32,000 nt of DNA. Source: Kiritimatiella glycovorans. Lineage in GTDB: Bacteria; Verrucomicrobiota; Kiritimatiellia; Kiritimatiellales; Kiritimatiellaceae. Both the position numbers and the translations under genes were made by a program. The stretch lies in contig NZ_CP010904.1 of the NCBI RefSeq assembly GCF_001017655.1, positions 750,001 to 782,000 of the forward strand, in the 5' to 3' direction. Positions 15,343-24,265 of this stretch are shown here, in pieces (position 1 is the first letter of the stretch; each line of letters opens with the position of its first letter). The notes under the pieces are model-generated. The model was given only the letters and a program-made list of their open reading frames with translations, was not told where the DNA came from and made no database searches.

Positions 15343-17441
15343 AGGCCACGGAAGCCAAGTTGCTCGATTTCCTCAAGAAGTCGCCGCAGTTCATTATTCC
15401 GATCTACCAGCGCACCTATTCCTGGACGGAGCCGCAGTGCCGGCAACTCTGGGACGATGTGCTTCGGGCCGGATCGAACGATGCCATCAGCGCACACTTC
15501 ATCGGCTCTATTGTTTACATCGAACAGGGCTTGTATCAGGTGTCCAGCCAGTCGCCGCTGCTCGTTATTGACGGCCAGCAACGGCTGACCACGGCCATGT
15601 TGATGATTGAGGCGCTATGCCGCCATCTGGGCGATGAGGAGCCGATTGACGGCTTTTCGGCGAAGAAGTTGCGTAATTACTACCTGCTGAATCCGCTCGA
15701 GGAGGGGGAGCGTGGGTTCAAGCTGCTGCTGACAGAAACGGACAAGGACAGCCTGCTGGCGCTCTTTCGGCAGAAGCCACTCCCGGCAGATGGTTCTCTG
15801 CGGATCCAGGAGAACTTTGAATGGTTCGAGCAGCAGGTGAATCGACTTGAGGATTTGGTCCCCTTGTGTCGTGGGCTGGCCAAGCTGGTGATCGTGGATA
15901 TTGCCCTGAGCCGCGACCAGGATAACCCCCAGCTCATCTTCGAAAGCATGAACTCCACCGGCCGGGAGCTGAGCCAGGCCGACCTGATCCGCAACTTTGT
16001 GCTGATGGGGCTTGAGCCGGAGCACCAGCGCCGACTCTATGAGGACCTCTGGCGCCCGATGGAGCTGAACTTTGGCCAAGAGGGCTACGGCGCCCATTTC
16101 GACTGGTTCATGCGCCATTATCTGACAGTGCGAACCGGCGATATTCCGAAAATCGGTGATGTGTATGAAGCCTTCAAGGCCTACGCCCGCGCGCCGAAAC
16201 AGGCAGAACAGGGCGTAGATGCATTGGTGGCGGATATCCACGCCTTTGCCGGATTCTACTGCGCCATGGCGCTGGGTAAGGAAAACGACAAATTGCTCGC
16301 AGAAGCGTTCCGTGACCTGCGCGAACTGAAGGTCGATGTGGCGTATCCGTTCCTGCTGGAACTTTACACGGATTATGAAAACGGACTCTTGTCACGGGAG
16401 GATTTTGCTGCGGCCGTCCGGCTGGTGGAGGCCTATGTGTTTCGCCGCGCCGTCTGTGCAATTCCCACTAACTCTCTGAACAAGACGTTTGCCAACCTTG
16501 GGCGCGGCCTGAAAAAGGATCGGTACCTGGAAAGCATTCAGGTGCACTTTTTGAATCTGCCCTCGTATCGCCGCTTTCCGAGAGATGATGAATTCCGGCG
16601 AGAGCTGGCGACCCGTGACCTGTATAACTTCCGGAGTCGCAGCTACTGGTTGCGGCGGCTGGAGAATCACGACCGAAAGGAAAGGGTGCCGGTGGATGAA
16701 TATACCATCGAGCATATTCTGCCGCAGAACGACAACTTGTCCCCGCAGTGGCGGCAGGCCCTTGGGGAGGAGTGGCAACGCATTCAGGAAACCTGGCTGC
16801 ACAGCCTGGGTAACCTGACCCTCACCGGCTACAACGCCGAGTACAGTGATCGACCCTTTACCGACAAGCGCGACATGAAAGGGGGCTTCAGACAAAGCCC
16901 TTTGCGAGTGAACGAGGGACTTGGGTTACTTGAGACCTGGAACGAGCAAGCTATAAAGGAGCGGGCGCAACGATTGGCGGAATGGGCCATCAAGGTCTGG
17001 CCCGCGCCCCGGGTCGACGACGACGTGCTGGCAGCGTATCGGACAGAGAAAGCGCCCCAGGCGACCTATAGCCTAAGCGACCACCCTCAGCTTATTGAAG
17101 GCAAGCCCATGCGGGCGCTGTTTGAGGCGTTACGCAAGGACGTCCTGGCGTTGGACCCTGGCGTCACCGAGGAGGTCCTAAAGCTCTATATCGCTTTCAA
17201 GGCTGAGAGCAACTTCGTCGATGTGGTGCCACAAAAGAGCCGTCTGCGCTTGTCGTTGAACATGGCCTTCCATGAGTTGCATGATCCGAAACAACTGGCG
17301 AAGGACGTAACCAACCTTGGGCGCTGGGGTAACGGGGATGTGGAAGTCGGGCTGAGCTCGCCGGATGACTTGCCCTATGTAATGGGGCTGGTGCGCCAGG
17401 CCTTCGAGAAGCAGATGGGTGATATGGAGGTCATGACATGA
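15339..17441 (+). CDS. DUF262 + DUF1524 (GmrSD-like, ParB-type NTPase plus His-Me/HNH nuclease) protein
   Basis: ATGA overlap with hsdS. N-terminal FIIPIYQRTYSW and VIDGQQRLTT (DUF262). Further on, EYTIEHILPQN ... LHSLGNLTLTGYN (DUF1524 nuclease motif). An extra C-terminal domain of about 150 aa. Confidence 0.85.
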   Translation: MKATEAKLLDFLKKSPQFIIPIYQRTYSWTEPQCRQLWDDVLRAGSNDAISAHFIGSIVYIEQGLYQVSSQSPLLVIDGQQRLTTAMLMIEALCRHLGDEEPIDGFSAKKLRNYYLLNPLEEGERGFKLLLTETDKDSLLALFRQKPLPADGSLRIQENFEWFEQQVNRLEDLVPLCRGLAKLVIVDIALSRDQDNPQLIFESMNSTGRELSQADLIRNFVLMGLEPEHQRRLYEDLWRPMELNFGQEGYGAHFDWFMRHYLTVRTGDIPKIGDVYEAFKAYARAPKQAEQGVDALVADIHAFAGFYCAMALGKENDKLLAEAFRDLRELKVDVAYPFLLELYTDYENGLLSREDFAAAVRLVEAYVFRRAVCAIPTNSLNKTFANLGRGLKKDRYLESIQVHFLNLPSYRRFPRDDEFRRELATRDLYNFRSRSYWLRRLENHDRKERVPVDEYTIEHILPQNDNLSPQWRQALGEEWQRIQETWLHSLGNLTLTGYNAEYSDRPFTDKRDMKGGFRQSPLRVNEGLGLLETWNEQAIKERAQRLAEWAIKVWPAPRVDDDVLAAYRTEKAPQATYSLSDHPQLIEGKPMRALFEALRKDVLALDPGVTEEVLKLYIAFKAESNFVDVVPQKSRLRLSLNMAFHELHDPKQLAKDVTNLGRWGNGDVEVGLSSPDDLPYVMGLVRQAFEKQMGDMEVMT

Positions 17442-20400
17442 GTCAGGTCGGCCAACGCGAACGACAAACCCAGCAGCAGGTGCTGCGCTTTTTCCAGGAC
17501 GAGCTGGGGTACCACTACCTGGGGGACTGGAAGGATCGCGACGGCAACCGCAATGTCGAGGAAGGCCCGCTACGCGACTGGCTGGCGCGGCAGGGCCACG
17601 ACGACAATGTCATCACCAAGGCGCTGCGCGAGCTGGACCAGGCGGCGGCGATTGGCGGCAGCAAGACCCTGTACGACGCTAACCGCGCCGTCTACGAAAA
17701 GCTGCGCTACGGCGTGCACGTCAAACCGTCGGTGCAGGAGCAGACGGTCACCGTCTGGCTGATTGACTGGGCGAACCCCGAGAACAATGACTTCGCCGTG
17801 GCCGAGGAGGTCACGGTGGTCGGCGCCAACACCAAGCGCCCGGATGTGGTGCTTTATGTCAACGGCATTGCTCTTGGGGTGCTGGAGCTCAAGCGCTCCA
17901 CCGTGGCGGTGGCCGAGGGCATGCGCCAGAGCCTGGACAACCAGAAGCGGGATTTTATCCAGCCGTTTTTCGCCACCGTGCAGCTTGTCATGGCCGGCAA
18001 CCCCAGCGAGGGCCTGCGCTACGGAGTGATCGAAACGCCCGAGAAGTTCTGGATGGAGTGGAAGGAGCCGTCGGAGATTGAGGATCCACTGGAGCGTGGG
18101 TTGCACCAGCTCTGCCGCAAGGAACGGCTGCTGGAGATCGTCCACGACTTCATGGTCTTTGATGCCGGCACCAAGAAGACCTGCCGGCACAACCAGTTCT
18201 TCGGCGTGCGCGCCGCGCAGGACCATGTGCGCCGGTGCCAGGGCGGCATTCTCTGGCACACCCAGGGCAGCGGCAAGTCGCTGATCATGGTGTGGCTGGC
18301 GAAATGGATTCGCGAGAACGTGAGCGACGCCCGGGTGCTGATCATCACCGACCGCACCGAGCTGGACGAGCAGATCGAGAAGGTGTTCAAGGGCGTGGAT
18401 GAGCAGATCCACCGCACCAAGAGCGGCGCGGACCTGATCGACGTGCTCAACCGCTCTGATGAGTGGCTGATGGCCTCACTGATCCACAAGTTCGGCGCCT
18501 CGGAGGAAGGCGACGTGGAGGCCTTTATCCAGGACCTGCGCCGCCACCTGCCGAAAGGCTTTGCGGCCAGGGGTAATTTGTTCGTGTTCGTGGATGAGTG
18601 CCACCGCACCCAGTCCGGCAAGCTGCACGAGGCGATGAAGGCCCTGCTGCCCGAGGCGATGCTGATCGGCTTTACCGGCACGCCGCTGTTAAAGCAGGAC
18701 AAGCGCACCAGCCTGGAAGTCTTCGGCCCCTACATCCACAGCTACCGCTTCGACGAGGCGGTGCGCGACGGCGTCGTGCTGGACCTGCGCTACGAGGCGC
18801 GGGACATCGACCAGCACGTCACCTCGCAGGACAAGATCGACCAGTGGTTCGACCGTAAGACCCAGGGCCTGAACGACTACGCCCGCGCCCAGCTCAAGAA
18901 ACGCTGGGGCACGCTGCAGAAGGTGCTCAGCTCCCGGGACCGGCTGGAGAAGATCGTCTCCGACATCCTCTGGGACATGGCCACGCGCGACCGGCTGATG
19001 AGCGGGCACGGCAACGCCATGCTGGTGGCCGGCAGCATCTATTCGGCCTGCCGGCTGTTCGAGATGTTCGAGCAGACCGAGCTGAAGGGCAAGTGCGCCA
19101 TCGTTACGTCCTATGTGCCGTCCACGGCCGACATCAAGGGCGAGGCCACCGGCGAGGGCGAGACGGAGAAGCTGCACCAGTACGCCATCTACCGCCGCAC
19201 GCTGGCCGAGCATTTCAACGAGCCGGAGGAGACGGCCGTCAACAAGGTGGAGACCTTCGAGCAGGAGGTGAAAAAGCGCTTCATCGACGAACCCGGCCAG
19301 ATGAAGCTGCTGATCGTGGTCGACAAGCTACTCACCGGTTTCGATGCGCCGCCGGCGACCTACCTCTACATCGACAAGCAGATGCGCGACCACGGCCTGT
19401 TCCAGGCCATTTGCCGCGTGAATCGCCTGCACACCGAGGACAAGGACGTCGGCTACATCATCGACTACAAGGACCTGTTCAAGTCCCTGGAGCAGTCCAT
19501 CCAGGACTACACGGGCGGCGCCTTTGATGCCTTTGACGCCGAGGATGTGGACGGGCTGCTGGAGGACCGGCTGGACAAGGCGCGCGAACGGCTGGAAGAA
19601 ACCCGCGAAGCGGTCAAGGCCCTGTGCGAGGCGGTGGAGCCGCCCAGGGACAGCGCCGCTTACCGGCGCTATTTTGTCGGCCCGAGCAACGCGCCCGAGG
19701 TGCAGAAGGGCAACGAGCCGAAACGCCTGGCCCTGTACAAACACGTCGGCGCCTTCCTGCGCGCCTACGCTGACCTGGGCAACGAGATGCAGCGGGCCGG
19801 TTACAGCCAGGCCGAGGCGGCCGCGATCAAGGCGGAGGTCGAACAGTACGAAAAGGTCCGCGAGGAGGTCAAGCTGGCCAGCGGCGACTACATCGACATG
19901 AAGATGTACGAGCCGGCCATGCGCCACCTGCTGGACAGCTACATCCGCGCGGAAGAGAGCGAAAAGCTATCCGCGTTTGACGACATGACGCTGGTGGAGC
20001 TGGTGGTGGAGCGCGGCGAGGCGGCGGTCGACAGCCTGCCGGCGTCGATTGCCGGCGACAAGGAAGCGATGGCCGAAACCATCGAGAACAACGTGCGCCG
20101 GCTGATCATCGACGAGATGGCGGTCAACCCGAAGTACTACGAGAGGATGTCAGAGCTGCTCGACGCCCTGATCGAGCAGCGCCGGAAGGAAGCGCTGGAT
20201 TACAAGGAGTACCTGCGCCGCATCGTGGAGCTGACGCGACAGGCGGCCCAGCGGGAAGACACAAGCCGCTATCCCACCGGCATCGACACCCCGGCGCAAC
20301 AGGCCCTGTACGACAATTTGGGTGATACGGCGTCTTCGGCAATGGCAGAGGCAACTGCCCCCTATGGTGGTACACGACCGGCCTCAGCGAGGGTACGACT

Positions 20401-20581
20401 AGCGCTCGACTTGGACCATGCCATCCGGGCAATCAAGAAGGCTGACTGGCGGGGCAATACGTTCAAGGAGCGCGAGGTGCGCAACGCCATCGCCTCGGTG
20501 CTGGAGGCCCGGGTGCGCGAGACCGATATGCCTGACGTGGATGCTGTCCTCGAACTGGTGAAGAACCAGAATGACTACTGA
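17438..20581 (+). CDS. hsdR: Type I restriction endonuclease subunit R
   Basis: ATGA overlap with the previous gene. N-terminal nuclease-region motif VLELKR. Helicase motifs HTQGSGKS, FVFVDECHRTQSG, GFTGTPL, VVDKLLTGFDAP and QAICRVNR. Confidence 0.92.
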   Translation: MSQVGQRERQTQQQVLRFFQDELGYHYLGDWKDRDGNRNVEEGPLRDWLARQGHDDNVITKALRELDQAAAIGGSKTLYDANRAVYEKLRYGVHVKPSVQEQTVTVWLIDWANPENNDFAVAEEVTVVGANTKRPDVVLYVNGIALGVLELKRSTVAVAEGMRQSLDNQKRDFIQPFFATVQLVMAGNPSEGLRYGVIETPEKFWMEWKEPSEIEDPLERGLHQLCRKERLLEIVHDFMVFDAGTKKTCRHNQFFGVRAAQDHVRRCQGGILWHTQGSGKSLIMVWLAKWIRENVSDARVLIITDRTELDEQIEKVFKGVDEQIHRTKSGADLIDVLNRSDEWLMASLIHKFGASEEGDVEAFIQDLRRHLPKGFAARGNLFVFVDECHRTQSGKLHEAMKALLPEAMLIGFTGTPLLKQDKRTSLEVFGPYIHSYRFDEAVRDGVVLDLRYEARDIDQHVTSQDKIDQWFDRKTQGLNDYARAQLKKRWGTLQKVLSSRDRLEKIVSDILWDMATRDRLMSGHGNAMLVAGSIYSACRLFEMFEQTELKGKCAIVTSYVPSTADIKGEATGEGETEKLHQYAIYRRTLAEHFNEPEETAVNKVETFEQEVKKRFIDEPGQMKLLIVVDKLLTGFDAPPATYLYIDKQMRDHGLFQAICRVNRLHTEDKDVGYIIDYKDLFKSLEQSIQDYTGGAFDAFDAEDVDGLLEDRLDKARERLEETREAVKALCEAVEPPRDSAAYRRYFVGPSNAPEVQKGNEPKRLALYKHVGAFLRAYADLGNEMQRAGYSQAEAAAIKAEVEQYEKVREEVKLASGDYIDMKMYEPAMRHLLDSYIRAEESEKLSAFDDMTLVELVVERGEAAVDSLPASIAGDKEAMAETIENNVRRLIIDEMAVNPKYYERMSELLDALIEQRRKEALDYKEYLRRIVELTRQAAQREDTSRYPTGIDTPAQQALYDNLGDTASSAMAEATAPYGGTRPASARVRLALDLDHAIRAIKKADWRGNTFKEREVRNAIASVLEARVRETDMPDVDAVLELVKNQNDY

Positions 20582-21299
20582 GCGCAGCCGGATCGAGGTG
20601 AGCGGTATCCCGGTGGAGATCCGCCGCAAGGCGATCAAGAACCTCCACGTGGGCGTCTACCCGCCGGACGGAAAAGTGCGGGTGGCCGTGCCCCCGCACC
20701 TGGACGACGAGGCCGTGCGGCTGGCCATCGTCTCGCGCCTGAGCTGGATTCGCCGCCAGCAGCAGGGATTTGCGGATCAGCAACGCCAGTCCCAGCGGGA
20801 GATGGTGAGCGGCGAAAGCCACTACGTCGAGGGCAAACGCTACCGTCTGAATGTGTTGGAACGGCCGGGCAACCCGCGTGTGCGTGTGGTCGGCAACACC
20901 ACGCTGGAGCTGCTCGTGCCGCCGGGGCTGGATCGCAGTGCCCGGCAAAGGGTGCTGGAGCGTTGGTATCGGCGTCAGCTCAAGGCGCGCATTCCGGGAC
21001 TGCTGGCGCACTGGCAGTCGGTGGTGGGTGTCGATGTCGCCGATTGTCGTGTCAAACGCATGAAGACACGCTGGGGGAGCTGCAATATCGAGGCGAAGCG
21101 GATCTGGCTGAACCTGGAGCTTGCCAAGAAACCGCCCCTGTGCCTGGAGTACATCCTCGTTCACGAGATGGTGCATCTGCTGGAGCGCCACCACACGGAC
21201 CGCTTTCGGGCATTGATGGATCAATGCATACCGGATTGGCGCCTGCACAGGGATGCGTTAAACGACGCCCCGCTATCGCATGAAGAATGGCGTTATTGA
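20571..21299 (+). CDS. M48-family / DUF45 (YgjP-like) zinc metallopeptidase
   Basis: Overlaps the hsdR end by 11 nt. TRWGSCN... and HExxH in YILVHEMVHLLERHH. Confidence 0.8.
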   Translation: MTTERSRIEVSGIPVEIRRKAIKNLHVGVYPPDGKVRVAVPPHLDDEAVRLAIVSRLSWIRRQQQGFADQQRQSQREMVSGESHYVEGKRYRLNVLERPGNPRVRVVGNTTLELLVPPGLDRSARQRVLERWYRRQLKARIPGLLAHWQSVVGVDVADCRVKRMKTRWGSCNIEAKRIWLNLELAKKPPLCLEYILVHEMVHLLERHHTDRFRALMDQCIPDWRLHRDALNDAPLSHEEWRY

Positions 21300-21405
21300 A
21301 GAGCTGCGCATACCAATAGCGTCAACTCGGACCGGCTTTTCCGCTGGCGCTCCCAAGCCGGCCGGTTACGCTAGACGTTAGCAGCCAAGAAACGGAGAGA
21401 GAATT

Positions 21406-22137
21406 ATGTTTTGTGAGAATTGCGGCAAAGAAGCAACGCAAAATGCAAAATATTGTCAATATTGTGGTTCTGAATTAAGCAATGCAGGCCAATCAGAAAG
21501 TAACCAAATTAAAGCTTCATCCATTCAATCTGAGAAATTGGAAAAAGACCAGCTTATAGAAACACCAAAAAAAGATGGAAGTAAAAGCTTTTTAGGTGGT
21601 GTCCATCATCCTTGGCGAAGGTTCTTTGCTCGCACAGTAGATTTGATGTCCATTGGAATTCTAATTTTTTTGCTATTTTCGTTTTCAATTGGTTATCTAT
21701 TCCCGCAAAACATTGATGGGTTTGTTAAATTTATAGAAAACCCGATCGGAGCGGCGATCGTTTTATATGTGTTATGGCTTCCGTTTGAGGCTTTGTTCTT
21801 ATTCCTCGTAGGTACAACTCCTGCAAAATGGGTATTTGGCATTCGTGTCACAACCCCAACAGGAGAAAATCTATCATATGGCCAAGCATTGCAACGAGTG
21901 TTTCTTGTTTTTGTTCAGGGTGAAGGCTTCGGTATACCACTCGTTACCCTGGTTACTAGATTATTTGCTTATCGTCGTCTTACAAAAACAGGCACTACAC
22001 TTTGGGATACATCCGTAGGTTCCGTAGTAACACATAAAAAATGGGGTGTCATCAGGGCTATTGCGAGTGTTTTTGTAACACTCGTAGTGTTGGTAATTAT
22101 GAGCATTCTTAACCAAGTGGGTAACTCATATGGATAA
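21406..22137 (+). CDS. Zinc-ribbon plus RDD-family membrane protein (AT-rich cassette gene 1)
   Basis: RBS GGAGAG. N-terminal CENCG..(11)..CQYCG zinc ribbon. HHPWRRFFARTVDLMSIGILIFLLF, followed by further TM segments typical of RDD proteins. Strongly AT-rich compared with the flanks. Confidence 0.75.
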   Translation: MFCENCGKEATQNAKYCQYCGSELSNAGQSESNQIKASSIQSEKLEKDQLIETPKKDGSKSFLGGVHHPWRRFFARTVDLMSIGILIFLLFSFSIGYLFPQNIDGFVKFIENPIGAAIVLYVLWLPFEALFLFLVGTTPAKWVFGIRVTTPTGENLSYGQALQRVFLVFVQGEGFGIPLVTLVTRLFAYRRLTKTGTTLWDTSVGSVVTHKKWGVIRAIASVFVTLVVLVIMSILNQVGNSYG

Positions 22138-22155
22138 ATATATAAGGATATAATC

Positions 22156-23163
22156 GTGAATAACCGAATGCGGATATTTGCAATTCTAATAGCGCTAATC
22201 GCAACTGCTCCTAATGTTTTTGCGGAAATCAAGCTTTCAAATGCTTTAGCTAAAGATATTGGCCAAGCTTATGGCTTTTACTTGGGGCAAAACTATTCCT
22301 TGAACGAAATTTCCAAGAAATATCCTTCATTATCAGGTTTGTCGCTAATAGCAGAGAAGGAATTTTCTGCAACCTTCAAATCATCTATTGAAGGCATGGA
22401 TGCGTTAATGGCGAAACACGCCAAAAGCGAATGGAATAAAATCAAAAAGCAACTCACAACTCAAATCGCAAGCTCTATCCAAATTGATCAAATATCAGAA
22501 GCGCAAGCTCGCCAGTTTGTTGAGTTAGTACGAGAAAGAGCTAATGGGAACATAGAATCTCCAGTAATTGAGACATATCTGCTATTCAAGTCTGGTTATG
22601 AAAAGAATCCCGAGCGTGAGTTTCTTGACGGTTATAAATACAAGTACACAACAAATGGTGTTGGAAAAGCAAAGGGTGTAGCGTTTTCTATTGAATCCCC
22701 AAAAACCTGGGTTGCCAAGGAAGGCAATCGGCCAAATATCGTACAAAAATTTGTTAGCGAGAATGGCAGAGGACTTGAGATACTGCTTATCCTCATCAAA
22801 GAAGTACCATTACAGCCCGGTGAGAAAATCACAGAAAAAGATGTATTGGAAATCTTAAACCCGAAAGACATTCAAGATTTTATACCTGACGGCGGAGTCC
22901 ATCTTAATAGCGGAAAATTAACATTAGAGAACCTTCCTGGTTTTTGGGTTCATTTCAAAATGGACATGGCGAGGGTGAGGAACACAGTAGGCATGGAAAC
23001 AATTATGTACACCATCTTTTACAAAAATAAAATGATTCAAATCCAAGGCCAAGTGATGACATCTATAAATGGAGAGCCATCTGAGCGAGGCGGGTTGAAA
23101 AAATACGAAAAGCTATTTGACCTCATGGCGAATAGCTTAGTCATTACCGACATTTATAAATAG
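22156..23163 (+). CDS. Secreted/periplasmic hypothetical protein (AT-rich cassette gene 2)
   Basis: GTG 22156 with AAGGA 7 nt upstream (alternative ATG 22168). Signal peptide MRIFAILIALIATAPNVFA. No family recognised. AT-rich, with K/I/N/E-rich composition. Confidence 0.7.
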   Translation: MNNRMRIFAILIALIATAPNVFAEIKLSNALAKDIGQAYGFYLGQNYSLNEISKKYPSLSGLSLIAEKEFSATFKSSIEGMDALMAKHAKSEWNKIKKQLTTQIASSIQIDQISEAQARQFVELVRERANGNIESPVIETYLLFKSGYEKNPEREFLDGYKYKYTTNGVGKAKGVAFSIESPKTWVAKEGNRPNIVQKFVSENGRGLEILLILIKEVPLQPGEKITEKDVLEILNPKDIQDFIPDGGVHLNSGKLTLENLPGFWVHFKMDMARVRNTVGMETIMYTIFYKNKMIQIQGQVMTSINGEPSERGGLKKYEKLFDLMANSLVITDIYK

Positions 23164-23188
23164 CTGCTAACAATCGCATGCACTCGGA

Positions 23189-23229
23189 CAGCAAAAAGCG
23201 CCACTCGTTCCTCGCTCTGCTTTTTGCTG
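23189..23229. terminator. Inverted repeat just after the AT-rich cassette; possible terminator
   Basis: Perfect 11-bp stem CAGCAAAAAGC (23189-23199) / GCTTTTTGCTG (23219-23229) with a 19-nt loop. The T-run lies inside the stem rather than after it, so this is not a canonical intrinsic terminator. Confidence 0.3.
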
Positions 23230-23287
23230 CCGGTGATGCGGGGCGTCCGATCAAACTTCATGGCCTTCCCCTCTTCATGGTGGGTAC

Positions 23288-23324
23288 ACAGTTCGAGTTC
23301 GATTTGGATTTCGAAGTCCCATTC
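23288..23324 (+). repeat. Repeat family copy C (GATTTCGA-rich module only)
   Basis: CAGTTCGAGTTCGATTTGGATTTCGAAGTCCCATTCG versus 3160-3196 GATTTCGACTTCGATCCGGATTTCGAGATCCCATCCG. Preceded by CTTCATGG...CTCTTCATGGTGGGT, which echoes the CATGAAG...GGTGGGT box of copies A and B. The long palindrome is absent. Confidence 0.6.
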
Positions 23325-23416
23325 GAGGTCCCGATACGGATTGACAATCCGCCTGAATAAAGCAAGTTTCACCTTCAGGCGGGCGATGATGCACCCGCAG
23401 GAGGCAGGAGGGCACC

Positions 23417-24265
23417 ATGAAAACATCGCTGTATTCGCCCGTGATTGATCACCCGCAGCGCAGCGGGCGAAAACGCCTGCGACGCGCATGGCCGACCTTG
23501 CTTCTCATTCCCGGCGTGATCTTCCTGTTATCCGGAACAGTGGATGCGCGGGAACAGACTTTCTATTCGTTCCACGAACTGGAGGGGACCCTTAGCGCAG
23601 AGGGCGCGGACCAGCATTACGTCATGGGCGGCGAGTCGCTCGCATTCGCGATCAACAACGACGGTGTGGTGGTCGGGAGCGCGGAGGGCTACGTATGGGA
23701 CCCGGGCGCCGGCGACTGGGAGGGGTCGAGTTCGGAGATTTCGACGCGCTGGATCTCGCCGGATGTCGCTGAAGTGGTCTATCGTGACGATACGCGTATC
23801 GTGGATATCAACGACGACGGCAGGATGGCCGGTCAGTTCGTCTGGAACGCCACGCCGTATTCCTCTCTCTACAAAGGCCATACGCAGGCGGACAGCGGTT
23901 TTCTCCGCTGGACGGACGAAGGCGGCACCACCCACACGTATACCACGTCCGATTCTTCCCCGGTGACCGTACCGACGGCGATCGCCCCCTCCGGAGCCGT
24001 GATTGCAAACGACTTGACCGGCGACCATTCGTACGCCATGACGCGGTTGTTGGGCGCGTGGTCGCGCACCGAGCTGGGGACGGAACATGCCTACGGCATG
24101 AATGAGTTCGCGACCTCCATCGGCACCAGTTGGGTCGGCGAATGGGTGGAGGATACGAACACCTATATGAGCCTCCACGGATACGCGGGGGCGAGCGACC
24201 TCGGACACCTCTGGAATCCCGGCGCGGTCGCGCCCGGCGAAGGGGGATGTCCCGAATCCTGTTGA
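23417..24265 (+). CDS. Secreted HAF-repeat-like protein, 3' end replaced by the IS insertion
   Basis: RBS GGAGG. Signal/anchor WPTLLLIPGVIFLLSG. AINNDGVVVGSA and VDINDDGRMAGQ resemble HAF-type extracellular repeats. The TGA stop (24263-24265) lies inside the IS terminal inverted repeat. Confidence 0.55.
   Translation: MKTSLYSPVIDHPQRSGRKRLRRAWPTLLLIPGVIFLLSGTVDAREQTFYSFHELEGTLSAEGADQHYVMGGESLAFAINNDGVVVGSAEGYVWDPGAGDWEGSSSEISTRWISPDVAEVVYRDDTRIVDINDDGRMAGQFVWNATPYSSLYKGHTQADSGFLRWTDEGGTTHTYTTSDSSPVTVPTAIAPSGAVIANDLTGDHSYAMTRLLGAWSRTELGTEHAYGMNEFATSIGTSWVGEWVEDTNTYMSLHGYAGASDLGHLWNPGAVAPGEGGCPESC

Noticed and set aside
21377-23229. Integron gene-cassette / attC interpretation of the AT-rich insert (GTTAGCA... 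/ ...TGCTAAC ends)
   Set aside because: The two halves are 1.8 kb apart rather than forming a 60-140 bp attC at the 3' end. They do not fit the GTTRRRY / RYYYAAC consensus. No intI or attI is in the window. A 9-bp inverted match could also be chance.
23528-24258. Continuation of the transposase ORF (479-aa track entry) beyond the IS end, antisense to the HAF-like gene
   Set aside because: This is read-through caused by the lack of a stop in GC-rich flanking DNA. The sequence past the IS terminal repeat has no transposase similarity and overlaps a better-supported + strand gene.
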